Shown here one piece after another: positions 25,012 through 37,000 of a stretch of 64,000 bases of DNA. A model generated the notes under the pieces. That model was not told where the DNA came from. It worked only from the letters and a program-made list of their open reading frames with translations, and did not search any database. The DNA is from Laetmonice hystrix. Lineage: Eukaryota. The stretch lies in NCBI GenBank assembly GCA_965235115.1, contig OZ249436.1:17114001-17178000 (forward strand). Direction: 5' to 3'. Both the position numbers and the translations under genes were made by a program. Positions within the stretch are counted from its first letter, which is position 1. Each line of letters begins with the position of its first letter.

Positions 25012-28000
25012 ATGGCTTCCGAGGACGGCGATTCCCTGGAATCTCTCCTTAGTAAGTCATCTTTACACGTTGGTCATTAAATATATGTTTTTCCAGAACA
25101 ATATTCTCGTGGAGACAAACATAGGCTTGTAATCCAGCGAAAGGGAATATGCTCTACCGTGGTATTTTATGTTGAAAGTAGACAATTGTGGATGCTTGCG
25201 ACTGGTATAAATTGTCGTCCGGAGGCGGGGTTGGTTTTGGCCGGCCGTCAAGGCCCGGGCTTGTCAAGGGGGTGTGGACCCCGCCGTAGTACCCACCTTG
25301 GCTTGGTCAACCTGGGCGGAATCCTCTGAAAAGCCGCAGTTCTGCCGGTGATATTCAAATACTATTTATTAGAGTTAAGTAGGGGGTGCAGGTCTTTTTG
25401 TTTACCCCTGATATTGTGATAAGGACATGAATTTAGCTGCATAACGATAACCTTAACTTAAGTTACGGGTACTGGTTGTTAGAATTAGGAATCAGAGAGA
25501 GTTATGCTGGTTCCACACCAGGGCAAGACAACGACAAGACACCGACAAGACAACTACAATACCAATACAAGGTCAAAATGTCTTGCTGGTGTGGTATTCA
25601 CACAATGTGGAAGGACAGACCAGCAAGACAGCTACAATACAAAGATACAATAGAACTCTCTAGTGGCAGAGGAGGGAAAATAACAGGGGGTTGTGGCATT
25701 CGGAACACCGAGCCCTTTACGATGTAGAGAGACTCGGATACCAATCGGAGGTCGCCATATTGGGTCAGATGGGGTCAGCGCACTATTGTCGTAGCGTCCC
25801 ATGTGAACAACGGCCAGTGTCTGGGCTGTGGTGCTGTCAATAGACGGCTTTCTTCGTTATTAGTTGGCAAAAAACTGAAACCGAATTTGTCACGGATTGT
25901 AGCCTTTCTTGACAATGACATTAAGCCATGAAAACGTGGACTATTCCTTATTTAGCATGTATGATCCGTGTGTTAAGAGGATCGAATCAAGGTAGCCTGT
26001 CAAACCGTTACACGCCACCGTTGAATCGTAACACCCGTTTTTCTGTGACGGTTTGAACTTTGACTTTTTACGCCGATTGTGACGGTTCATTTTGACGACT
26101 TGACTCTCATGAATCCAGTCAAATCAAGGTAAATAATACGGCAAATCCATACTCAAAGTGGTTCAATATTATGAGCTAGGGCGACTCGGAGCCCGCGGAC
26201 CGCCAGGCCGCCCTAGCTATCCCCACCGGGAGCCACCCGGTCCCGTGGCGTGCGGCCAGTGCAGAGCTGTCGCGAAGTTGCCGGGTCATTTTATTCGATT
26301 AATCTATGTTTGGTCAAAGTTGTTAACGTAACAACAACTTTATAATGATATCTGGTCTATATGAGTTTACTAACACCATTAATAGAGGCTCTATCCACTC
26401 TATATATAAGGGACTCAATTTTTGCCGGCATCTCACTACCTGTGCCAGTCTTGTGTCATTGCGCACTGGGGCGATACATGGAATCCATGTATATCAATGC
26501 GTCGAGGGGTGTCCGAGCACAACTACAGCGAAGCGACCGGAAGTTGGGCCGAGGTTTTCCGAATGGGGGTTGTGGCTTGACCATGGGCGTCGCGAAGGGG
26601 GGGGGCACTGCCCCCTGGAAAATATGAGAAAAAAATGAAATGTATTACCTGTATTAAAATTAACGTGAAACGCCAATGTGATTAGCTCCACCCTCCATAT
26701 CAGGTTATGTGCCCCCCCCCCTGGAAAAATCCTAGAGTCCCCCCCCCCTAGAAAAGATAGGTAAACAAACATATAGGCTAAATTCTATTTATTTGTCATT
26801 TCAAATTTTGCGCCAAACACGGCTGTCACAGACTGCCACTGACAAAAAGGCAGAGAGCAGCACTGCAGCACCCCTAGTGGATTTGTCTATCTCTAGCATA
26901 GGCATAGCGCATGATACGGCCACATGGCCCACATCTCAACATCCAATATGTTGATATTTTTTCTTAAGTCATCATGGCTAAATGGGCACGAAATCATTAA
27001 CCTGCCCCTGATCCGCTGGTTTGAAATGTACTCCATGAAAAGAATGATGGTACTTGGGTTCGGTGCCTTAAGCTGGTTGAAGGCCGATGAAATGTGTTCC
27101 ACGGGAAGAGAGAGGACGGTTTGGACATCCCGGGAACGCATACGGGCGGGCGGACGGGCATGCATGCATATACTGAGGGGCGGACATGACCGGGCGGACA
27201 TGTTGGGCATTCCCGACAGTTACCTGCTTGGTTGATGTCCCAATGCTCAATCAATAGACTTTGATGTTCCAATGGACTGTAAGTGAAAAGAAAGAGCCAC
27301 GCCTACTTGTCGACAGGCCACTAATACCGTTGACACACCAAAAATGGTTTTGTTCAATGCGCTTCGAAGCGCATTGAATCCACATATGGATGTGGTTTGG
27401 GTTCAATGTGATTCAATGCACATTGGGAACCGTGTTGGGTGTGTCACGAACCGTATCAATGCGATTTGAAGTGCATTGCAGGGTTCTCGCCAGAAATTTT
27501 CGACAGCGTAGTGGTCAAACTAAGGACAGAGCCCTGGTTAGGGGTACAGGAGGGACAAACCCCAAGCTCAGGTAATTTAGGCTATTTTAGAGCCTTATCT
27601 TGCGGTCTAGATAGTCAGATGAGAAAGGTTTGTAAAACTGGACAGTAAACAAGTGACATTTTACCGGTATTCCTGTGGGTTCTGTTGAATTTAGACAAGT
27701 TTTTGCCGCTATGCTGGTCAAGAGACAATGTAGCGACCTCAAAGACAGTGTAGTGGCCTAAATACACAGCGTAGCGGCCCGCTACGCTGAAAAAGGCTGG
27801 CGAGAACGCTGCATTGGAGCGTCGGTGTGTCAAGGGTTTAGCAACACTGAACATTGCATAGTGAAAAAGCATGTGGTGAATGGTGATATTGTGATGTGAT
27901 GGACATCCATGTTTTCCGAGATACAGGGGTAGATTTCATGTGTGATTTTTTAGGAGTCAGCAGGACTCCCAAGTTGCAAACTCTAGGAGTCCGCCAAAAA

Positions 28001-31000
28001 AAGTGGGAGTCCGCTATCCTATAGGGAATACAAGGGATGTAAAAAAAACCCAATTACAGACGGTGTTATGCCATAATAGTTTGGCATAAACAATCAAGTA
28101 ATCAAGCTATGATGGGGGAGGGGGGCTGAGTGAAACATATCAGTCTTGTGACCCCTGCTGAGTAGAAGATATTCGGTTCACCGTGACTGGGCAAACCTGC
28201 ATCAATCTGTGCGTAAATATCTAGGAGACAGCCGGACTCCTGGTCAGGTGGCTGCCAGGAGTCCGTTCCAATTTTTGGGAGTCTCGGACTCACGGACTCC
28301 CGTCGAAATCGACCCCTGAAGATACTTTCAGGGGTTGGCAGCATGGTGGAACAGGGGCACATTTCTATTGTACAATTTCCTTTTGAAACTGGTTTCCTTT
28401 GTTTTTCACAAACCACAGCTAGTGGAAGCCCTGTATGAGCAATAAAAAATGTAATTCTTATCTGAATCAGGTCGTGTTTATTAATTAGTTATCATGTATT
28501 TTTCATATTACCTAAAACTAAAACTTTCATTATTTGCCCTTTGGCCAACTTTTGTAATGTACATGCCAAGGCTTTGCTGCTGACATGCCATGATACAATA
28601 TTCATGAACCCTTTACTATTGATAGACAGGGCCACCAACCCAGCCAACCGTGATGAAGACTGGGAGCTTTTAATGGCATTCTGCGACCAGGTCAACAAAG
28701 AGCTGGAAGGACCACAAATTGCTGTTCGTTTACTGGCTCACAAGATCCAGTCACCACAAGAGAAAGAGGCGCTCTATGCCCTTACAGTGAGTCACACCCA
28801 TCCTCATGCCTTTGAAATTCTTCTTGTCCAAAAACTAATGTTGTAATCGGTTAATTTCACAAAGCTGTGAACATGTTCAATCTTAAAATTTTGTTGTTGC
28901 CCAAGTGACAGTATGGATCCTAAAATAAAAATTTTAACATTCTGAAGCTTCCCAGAAATTGCTACTAATAGGCATACAATATGGTATCTTGCATGGATGT
29001 GATACAAAAACCGACATTGATAAAGGCATTGTGTTATTTCAGGCTTTAGAGGCTTGTGTGAAGAACTGCAAAAAACGATTCCATCAAGAAATAGGAAAAT
29101 TTAGGTTTCTGAATGAAGTTATCAAAGTTGTTTCTCCAAAGGTAAGTATTGAAAATCTTGATATCCAGATTGACCTGAGAGCAATAATTATGTATGTTTA
29201 GTGATTTCCAGTGTATAACTTCTCTGTCCATATGAAATTACTCAATGCGTTCATTTACTGACTTCAGTACCTTGGTAACCACACAACTGAGCGGGTCAAG
29301 AGTCGATGCATTGAGATCCTCTACAGTTGGAGTCAGTGCCTCAAGCATGAACCCAAGATCAACGAAGCTTACCAGATGCTCAAACGACAGGGCATTGTCA
29401 AACAGGACCCCACTCACACAGACAAGGTTGGTAAGCCTTGAGCATCAATTTGATGATTGTAACCACCAATGGAATCAGTCCAATTCTTCTGGAATGTTGA
29501 ATGTAGACTACAGAATCCGTAGGTCCTGCTTTAAATATTACATGTACTCTGTGTTATTAACCTGCAGGGCAAAGCAAGATTTAAATCAGGAGAAGATGTA
29601 TAGGCCATTCATGACATACATGTACTCACTTGTTTAGAACTACCTAAACCCTAGAATTGAAAGGCAGTGTTGAAAGCAAACACTCACGAGCTGGCCAAAT
29701 TCTTAGAACCTGGATATAGACAGCAAATTGATTTTAGTGAATTACAGAAATGCTGAGAGAAAAAGGAGTAAAGTGGCTTGTCTTTGAATCATGTACCATT
29801 CCATCAGGATTACAAACTGAATTTACATAATGGTTTCATTGTACAAGAGTCATTTTGAAATAATTAACATTAGTTTCCTGATGCTTATTAAGTATCATTG
29901 AAAGTTTTCCCACTTTACTTTATGGTTGCAGTTTGCAAAGGTAACTTTTCCAAGATATGTCCCTCAGTGTGATGTCATGTCGCAGTTATACCATGTCATT
30001 GGCCTCACCTGCCTGTGTTGGTAGTTGCTTGTTTTATATGCTGCAGTCATACCTAGAAATTAAATGTGGCAAAGGATTTATAATTCTACCAGTCCTCTGA
30101 GTTAATAGGCTAGACAGTGTTGTGATTCTGGGGAAAGTTCTGATTTTCTTCCACTTGAAATTGATATTCTTGGAATTGGGGTGAATCCTTAAGGATCAGG
30201 TTCCGTGAAACTTGTACCCCTGTACAAAGCTTGTTGAAACCAATAAAAGGGCCTCGCTTTGCAACATGCCAAGGAGCTCTGCTGATAAGTAACCACAGCT
30301 CATCAGCAGACGTGGTTGGGAAGAGATTTGTGTCCCTGACCCTTCCATTAATATAGTTTCTGACTTTTTGTATCAGTTTTCACTTTCAGGCCTAATTGGA
30401 TCCTTACTTTTGCATGCACTACATCATGAATCTACCTGATGTAAAATATAGTGTGCCGCTTTCAATGAGTGTTGTTACAGTTGCATCAAATTTTAGAATT
30501 ATGGATGTAATCTAAGATCTTCTGAGGGTTTTGTTATGACATGCTGCCTGTCATTTAATGAGGATCTGGATCTTTTCTTGTTTTAACACTGTCTTGGTTA
30601 CATCCTCAGAGGTCGCATGGTTTATCAAATTCTTAGGTCTGACAGATATTTGGTGTTTAATATTACTGATTGCTTGTATCCATTATGTATTTTAAATTCC
30701 CTATAATTACCCTGCGTGAATGATTCTAGCTTCTCTCATTCAAAAGGTAGAATTCCTGTTCATATTTCCATTGGTAGCATGGCGTGTTGTCCTAACATTG
30801 CATATAGAGCCATGAGTGTGGGAAGATGTGTACAAGGTTGTGACCAGGCATTCAGGGAAGAAGTTTCATATCATAGCATTTTCGACCACTCTGTCACTCT
30901 GACTGTGATATGTACAGTACATGTATGTCCATTCAAATGGTGGTTATCCCACTCATAGTATATTGACATGGTTTTGATAATAATGGGTGCGTGGAAACTG

Positions 31001-34000
31001 GCAGTCAGTCAGCAGGCAGAGTGCTGGCTGGAGACCTGACATCACCAGCCCCTGCTGCCACCTGGTGGCAGTCAACAGGCACAGTGTTGACTAGACCTGA
31101 CAATACCAGCCCATGCTGCCACCTGGTAGCAGTCAATCAATAGCCGACTCTGACCAGACATGCAGAACTTTACACTCTCACCAAGTGGGGGTCAGTCGAC
31201 AGGTACAGCATTGATTCCGACCTCCTGATACACAAATAAACCAACCCATGCTGCCACCTAATGGCTAGACAAAGAACTAGTTTCAAGATAGGTTCAAGGG
31301 TGTATGTATTCTTCTGTGTCTGTTCGACATTTCGCACCTTTTCTGGTCATATACTGTAAATCACTTTAATTTTGCATCATTAAAATTTCGCGTTTTCTTT
31401 TTCATTTTGGGCTGGTGTGGCGTTTCTTAAATTGGCGTTTAGGAGAATCCGCCATGCCGTGACTTCAGTTCCAAGTGTTTATTTGGCCTTTCTTGATTTC
31501 GTGTTTTTGTTGAAAACGCGAAATTAAAATACACGCAAAAAATACCTGATATATAGTAGTCTTTCTCCTGTTCAATCATATACCGGCAGTTCAGAAAGAA
31601 CACTTGAGACCATCCCATTTCCTGGCTATCTTAGTCAAGTAATGTAATCCATATTCAAAATCTGTATGTTTAATTATTGTTTTCTCATTGGTTTATTTTT
31701 GATCAGGTGATGGCAGGCAGAACCATTGATATATTTCTCAAGAGAGACTAAAAAGCTGATACAATAGATGTTAGATGAAGTTGACCGTGCCATATTGTAT
31801 TGCAGACATTTGAAGGCCCAGTAGCTGAAAGACCTAAGAATACAGTGTTTGATGATGAAGACAAGTCCAAGGTTTTCCTCCTTTCTCATTACTTTACTGA
31901 TCAAAGGGTAGAAAACAGTCCTACAATCCTAGATTTTACCATAGAACTGTACTGGGAGGGAAGACCAACTCTCTCTTTTTTCCGCTTGGGGCGCTAGTAG
32001 TCTTATGCGTTTGCAGCGCCCTCCAGTGGTTATGAGACCCGTAACGTCATCTGCCTTGGCCCAAGTGTAAACATGGGAAGGACCGATCGTCTATTGTGTC
32101 CCTGGATGCACAGATTATCAAAATAGAGCAGGACGAAAGGCAGGGAGGGTTAATTAATTACTGCAGTAGATTTATCTAGCCCACACAGACAAACATATGC
32201 ATTTCAAACGACTGACACCGAATTATGTACTCGCGCCAGTTCAAGCGGGCTTGGCCGCAAGGCTTGGGTCAACCCCCAATAAGAACGGCCCATTAGAAAT
32301 ACTAAATCACAACAATAATTTTAGAATCTATCCAGGCCGGATTTTAGAGGAATCCTCGATCTATAAATGTATATGGCATTCACATCTGTTACTTAATCTT
32401 TTCAAAATTTACCCAAAAAAACTGTCAGATTACGAGGGTATGAAATTGTAACGTCACAAACTTTGCCGATCTCCGGCTGTGCCAGTGCTTGGATTGAGAA
32501 AGGAGGGACCTTGCTAAACCATTCTAAGTCTATGACATTGTTTGGTTCAATATTCTATCCCTTTATATCACGTTTCGATGTCCTTCCTTGTGTATTTTAG
32601 TAGTTAGGTGCGTTTCAACTGCCGAAGCGAAGCGCCGTCCGCCATTTTATTTAGGGCCCGTTATGATCACATTCCATTGTGACCCATTGTGACGTAGCGC
32701 TATTGTGCATTGTTCCTGACGTCGCTGATTGGGTCTCTCAATCACGGAGTGGACAGGGCCCGATAAAATCGATTTTTAAAATATCTAAGAGTTTGCTAGG
32801 GCACCTAGATTTTTTCCAAGCCTTGGCTACATTCTGCTCCACTGCCTATACACTTTATCCATAATCAAGTTGATGTTTAAATCCAAGAGAGTCTAGGCCT
32901 AATGTCGCCGTCCTATGCCGAGCGTTGCACCCGAGCACCAGTCTCATAACCACATGGGAGCGCTGCGAACGACCCTACATATTTGAGCGATAATTTGGGC
33001 AGGAAAGAGAGTTGGCCTTCCCTCCAGTACAGTTCTATGATTTTACCTATCTCCATAAGCTTACACTGTTAGAATACCATGCTTATTGACTCGTTTGATT
33101 TTCAAATACGGAAACTTTAAATTTGATACACCTGGCTGCCATTTTACATATGTGGCCATGATTTTAGCTGTTGTCAAGGTTACTGAAGAGTAAACATCCA
33201 GAGGATCTCCAGGCTGCCAACCGGCTCATCAAAAACATGGTCAAACAGGTGCGTAAGGGTTTAAAGAGGGGAGTAAGGGGGTTGGGGTGGGGGCAGACGG
33301 ACGGAGGAGTGGGGTTTAAACAGGTGGTTGAGGTAGATTAGGGGGGTCAAACGATGTGACAGGATTAGGGGTCAAAGAGATCAGGTGAAAGGATTCACTG
33401 AAAAAAGTTTTCATGAAATCTTTCAATAAAAAGTAGGTCTGCAAAACAAATGGAAATAAGTATTTTTCTTTTGCATGTAACAGGATGCAGAACGTATGGA
33501 AAAGAAATCTAGACGACAAACCGAGCTGGAGACAGTTGGAAACAATGTAAAACTGCTAACAGAAATGCTGGAACATTTCTACCCTAACTCAACATCTGCA
33601 GCCGACAAAGATTTGATGAAGGTAAGTCAAATATATAAAAAAAATTCTTATTGGACATCATCCTCAGATTGTCATAATTTTAAAGGACACAGGCAAATGA
33701 CAGCAGGTGTATTGGAAAGAACCAAATATTTGTCTGAAATCTTTTTTACAGAATAAAATTGTTAATTACCTTTTTCATGACTCTTTGTCACAGGAGTTAT
33801 ATGAGAATCTGGAGAAGGAGAGACCAAACCTGTTCCGACTCGCTAGTGACACAGATGAAAAGGACAATGAAGGGATAAGTAAGTCTGCAGGCTGGCGATG
33901 GCCAGACAGACCAGGGGTCTCGTGTTGTAATCTACGGCCAGACAGACAGGGGTCTTCGTCTGGTAGTCAGCTGAGGTCAGATGTATGAGAGGTCTTGTAG

Positions 34001-37000
34001 TCAGCTGAGGCTAAATGTATAAGAGGTCTTGTAGTCAGCTGAGGCCAAATGTATAAGAGGTCTTGTAGTCAGCTGAGGCCAAATGTATGAGAGGTCTTGT
34101 AGTCAGCTGAGGCCAAATGTATGTACTTGTACTGATGTGTTCCTAGGTTTGACCACCAACCATTGTTGTTACAGATGCAATTCTCAAGGCCAACGATGAA
34201 GTGCTCAAAGTAATGACACGGTATAAAAAAATGGTAGATTCAGAGGATAATGGGTTGCTGCTGGACACGGGAGCATCTGGAGGGAAGAAAGATGGTATGT
34301 TGTTCTCCATGTTCTCCATAACATGGTTTCAAAGCTAAGGCTGAATGAAATATCCCTATTTTATACAGGAAAAAGTGTGACATTTTTACATTTCTATTTC
34401 ATGAACTACATTAATTTGTTTGTTTGTTTATTTAATCATTTGTCTGTTTTTTTCATTCATTTTTTCCTTTATTCATTCAGATGTGGCCTTCGCAAGAAGT
34501 CCAGTTTCTTTATTATCTTGTGCAGATTGTTTTGGTCATTTCATGCAGAATACTTTTTCAAATAACTGATGTTTAAGGTTACAGGACAAAGCGTATACGA
34601 ATACCCCTTGAAGTTTCGATCAAGGTTTCTATGGGAGGGGGAGGGAAGAGGATGCTCGAGGGGAAAATGTATGTTGGATTAGTGTCTGGATCCTGGAAGT
34701 ACCCCCATGACCCCCCTTGCGTACGCTCCAGCTAGCCATGGACAGAATCATGACAGTAGTGTTAGAGGTGTGTAGACTGAGAACCTGGATGAGGTCTGTA
34801 GTGTCAGTTATTAATTTTGTGAGGCCATGTTTGCTCTATTTCAGCTGACCTTGTAGATTTACTCGACTCATCCTCCACAGCCCCATCCTCCAGCCCCCAC
34901 ACACAGAATGACCACAACTCTTCTGCTTCCATTCTCGATGATCAATTGATGGTGCTTGGTGAGTCCCCTTTGCCCCACTAGGTGGCGCTACAAAGAGCCC
35001 TGGTAGGTGGTGCTGTACACAGAAGCCTGACCCTGGCATGATCAGCGTTACCTTGACTTTCCAGGACATTCACACACTCATGACCTCTGGCACGCAGGCT
35101 GTGACTGATTCACCAAGGCTACATGATAAATTATGTGATTATTTATGAAATACCGGGTATGAAGTTCAAATAAGCCATGGCCTTGACACATGAAGGCAGG
35201 CAGGATTTGATTAAGATTACCTCAGCCCAAACTTGGACCACTTCCTTACCCTGCAGAGATTCATCCCATGGAGAGCCTGCGGCCAGATTGTCATGTCGCT
35301 TGTTGTTGATTGTACGCTGCTGTGTATGAGTTGTGGCCATATAGTTTTAACGTAAGCTTCAGGTGGAGACTGTGTTCCGTTTCAGATTCGATGTTGTTGC
35401 ATGACCTACAGAGTGAGTAGACATTTGCTACAACCTTGGCATGTATACTAGGACTGCTGTGCAGCATGAACTCTGGGTAGAGCTAGAGGGTGTCGATGAG
35501 CTCTGGTTGGTAGAGCTAGAGGGTGTCGAGGGCTCTGGTTGGTAGAGCTAGAGGGTGTCGATGGGATCTGGTTGGTAGAGCTAGAAGGTCTGAATGGGAT
35601 CTGGTTGGTAGAGGTAGAGGGTGTCGATGGGCTCTAGTTGGTAGAGCTAGAGGGTGTCGATGAGATCTGGTTGGTAGAGCTAGAGGGTCTGGATGGGATC
35701 TCATCTGGTTGGTAGAGCTAGAAGGTCTGGATGGAATCTAGTTGGTAGAGCTAGAGGGTCTGGATGGGACCTGGTTGGTAGAGCTAGAGGGTTTGGATGG
35801 GCTCTGGTTGGTAGAGCTAGAGGGTGTGGATGGGCTCTGGTTGATAGAGCTAGAGGGTCTGGATGGGATCTAGTTGGTAGAGCTAGAGGGTCTGGATGGA
35901 CTCTGGTTGGTAGAGAGAGGGTCTGGATGGGATCTCATCTGGTTGGTAGAGCTAGAGGGTCTGGATGGGATCTAGTTGGTAGAGCTAGAGGGTCTGGATG
36001 GGATCTGGTTGGTAGCTAGAGGGTCTTAATGGGCTGTGGTTTGTAGAGCTACAGGGTCCGGATGGGATCTGTTCCCTTGAAAACCTGATGGCTTTGTGGA
36101 GCAGAAATATTCTGAAGCCGTTCTACCTGGAGGTTTATTTTGTGAATACTGAGCCCACTGGGATAGATTTAGGCTGTTTGTTTGGCTTCAGTAGTTTTAG
36201 TTAGAGGTTGGGATAATTTATTTTAATACATTGTAATGGACCTTCTTGCAGAGAATGTACTTGACTTTTCAGATTCTTTTCTCAACGAGATTTCTAAAGA
36301 TTCTGTCCCCAAATCATCTAATATACTCAATTAGTTTCCTGACTGAATGTTTGTAATCTGTTAGTGGCAGTAACTGTCAGTGTAGCTTAGAAGCCTGCAT
36401 GAAGACCTGATTGGGTGGTTAGGAGCAGGGTCAGACTGACCCACTAACATGGCCATGGTTTTCATCAGCTACCCCTGGCTACCACCAGCACACATATAGT
36501 CTGCCCCAGGTGCTGGCCCAGTATGCCCGAGCTGCTGGCCCAGTATGCCCCCGCTGCTGGCCCAGTCTGCCCCTGCTGCTGGCCCAGTCTGCCCGAGCTG
36601 CTGGCCCAGTCTGCCCCTGCTGCTGGCCCAGTATGCCCGAGCTGCTGGCCCAGTCTGCCCCCGCTGCTGGCCCAGTCTGCCCCTGCTGCTGGCCCAGTCT
36701 GCCCGAGCTGCTGGCCCAGTCTGCCCCTGCTGCTGGCCCAGTATGCCCGAGCTGCTGGCCCAGTCTGCCCCTGCTACTCAGTCAGTTTTGTCCACACTTT
36801 GGGGAAAACATGTGGGTGAAAAACTAGGGTGTGGCTGTGTTCACATTTATCTTTGTGTAAAAAATGATAAAGTAAAATTATGTCCTAAAGAAGCTGAGAA
36901 CCGGTCTGACAACCACCTAACAGAGACCAGATCTGAGAAGGGTAGTTTCTGCTTGACTCTTGGCTTCTAGTCCCCATCTGTGGGAGGCCGAGGTGGGACA

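Noticed and set aside
34481..34498. 18-nt exon candidate after a strong pyrimidine tract in GGA intron 9
   Set aside because: Only a poor donor (gtccag) follows.
35516..36970. ORFs with ARGSGWDLVG and CWPSLP repeats
   Set aside because: Minisatellite translations in GGA intron 10.
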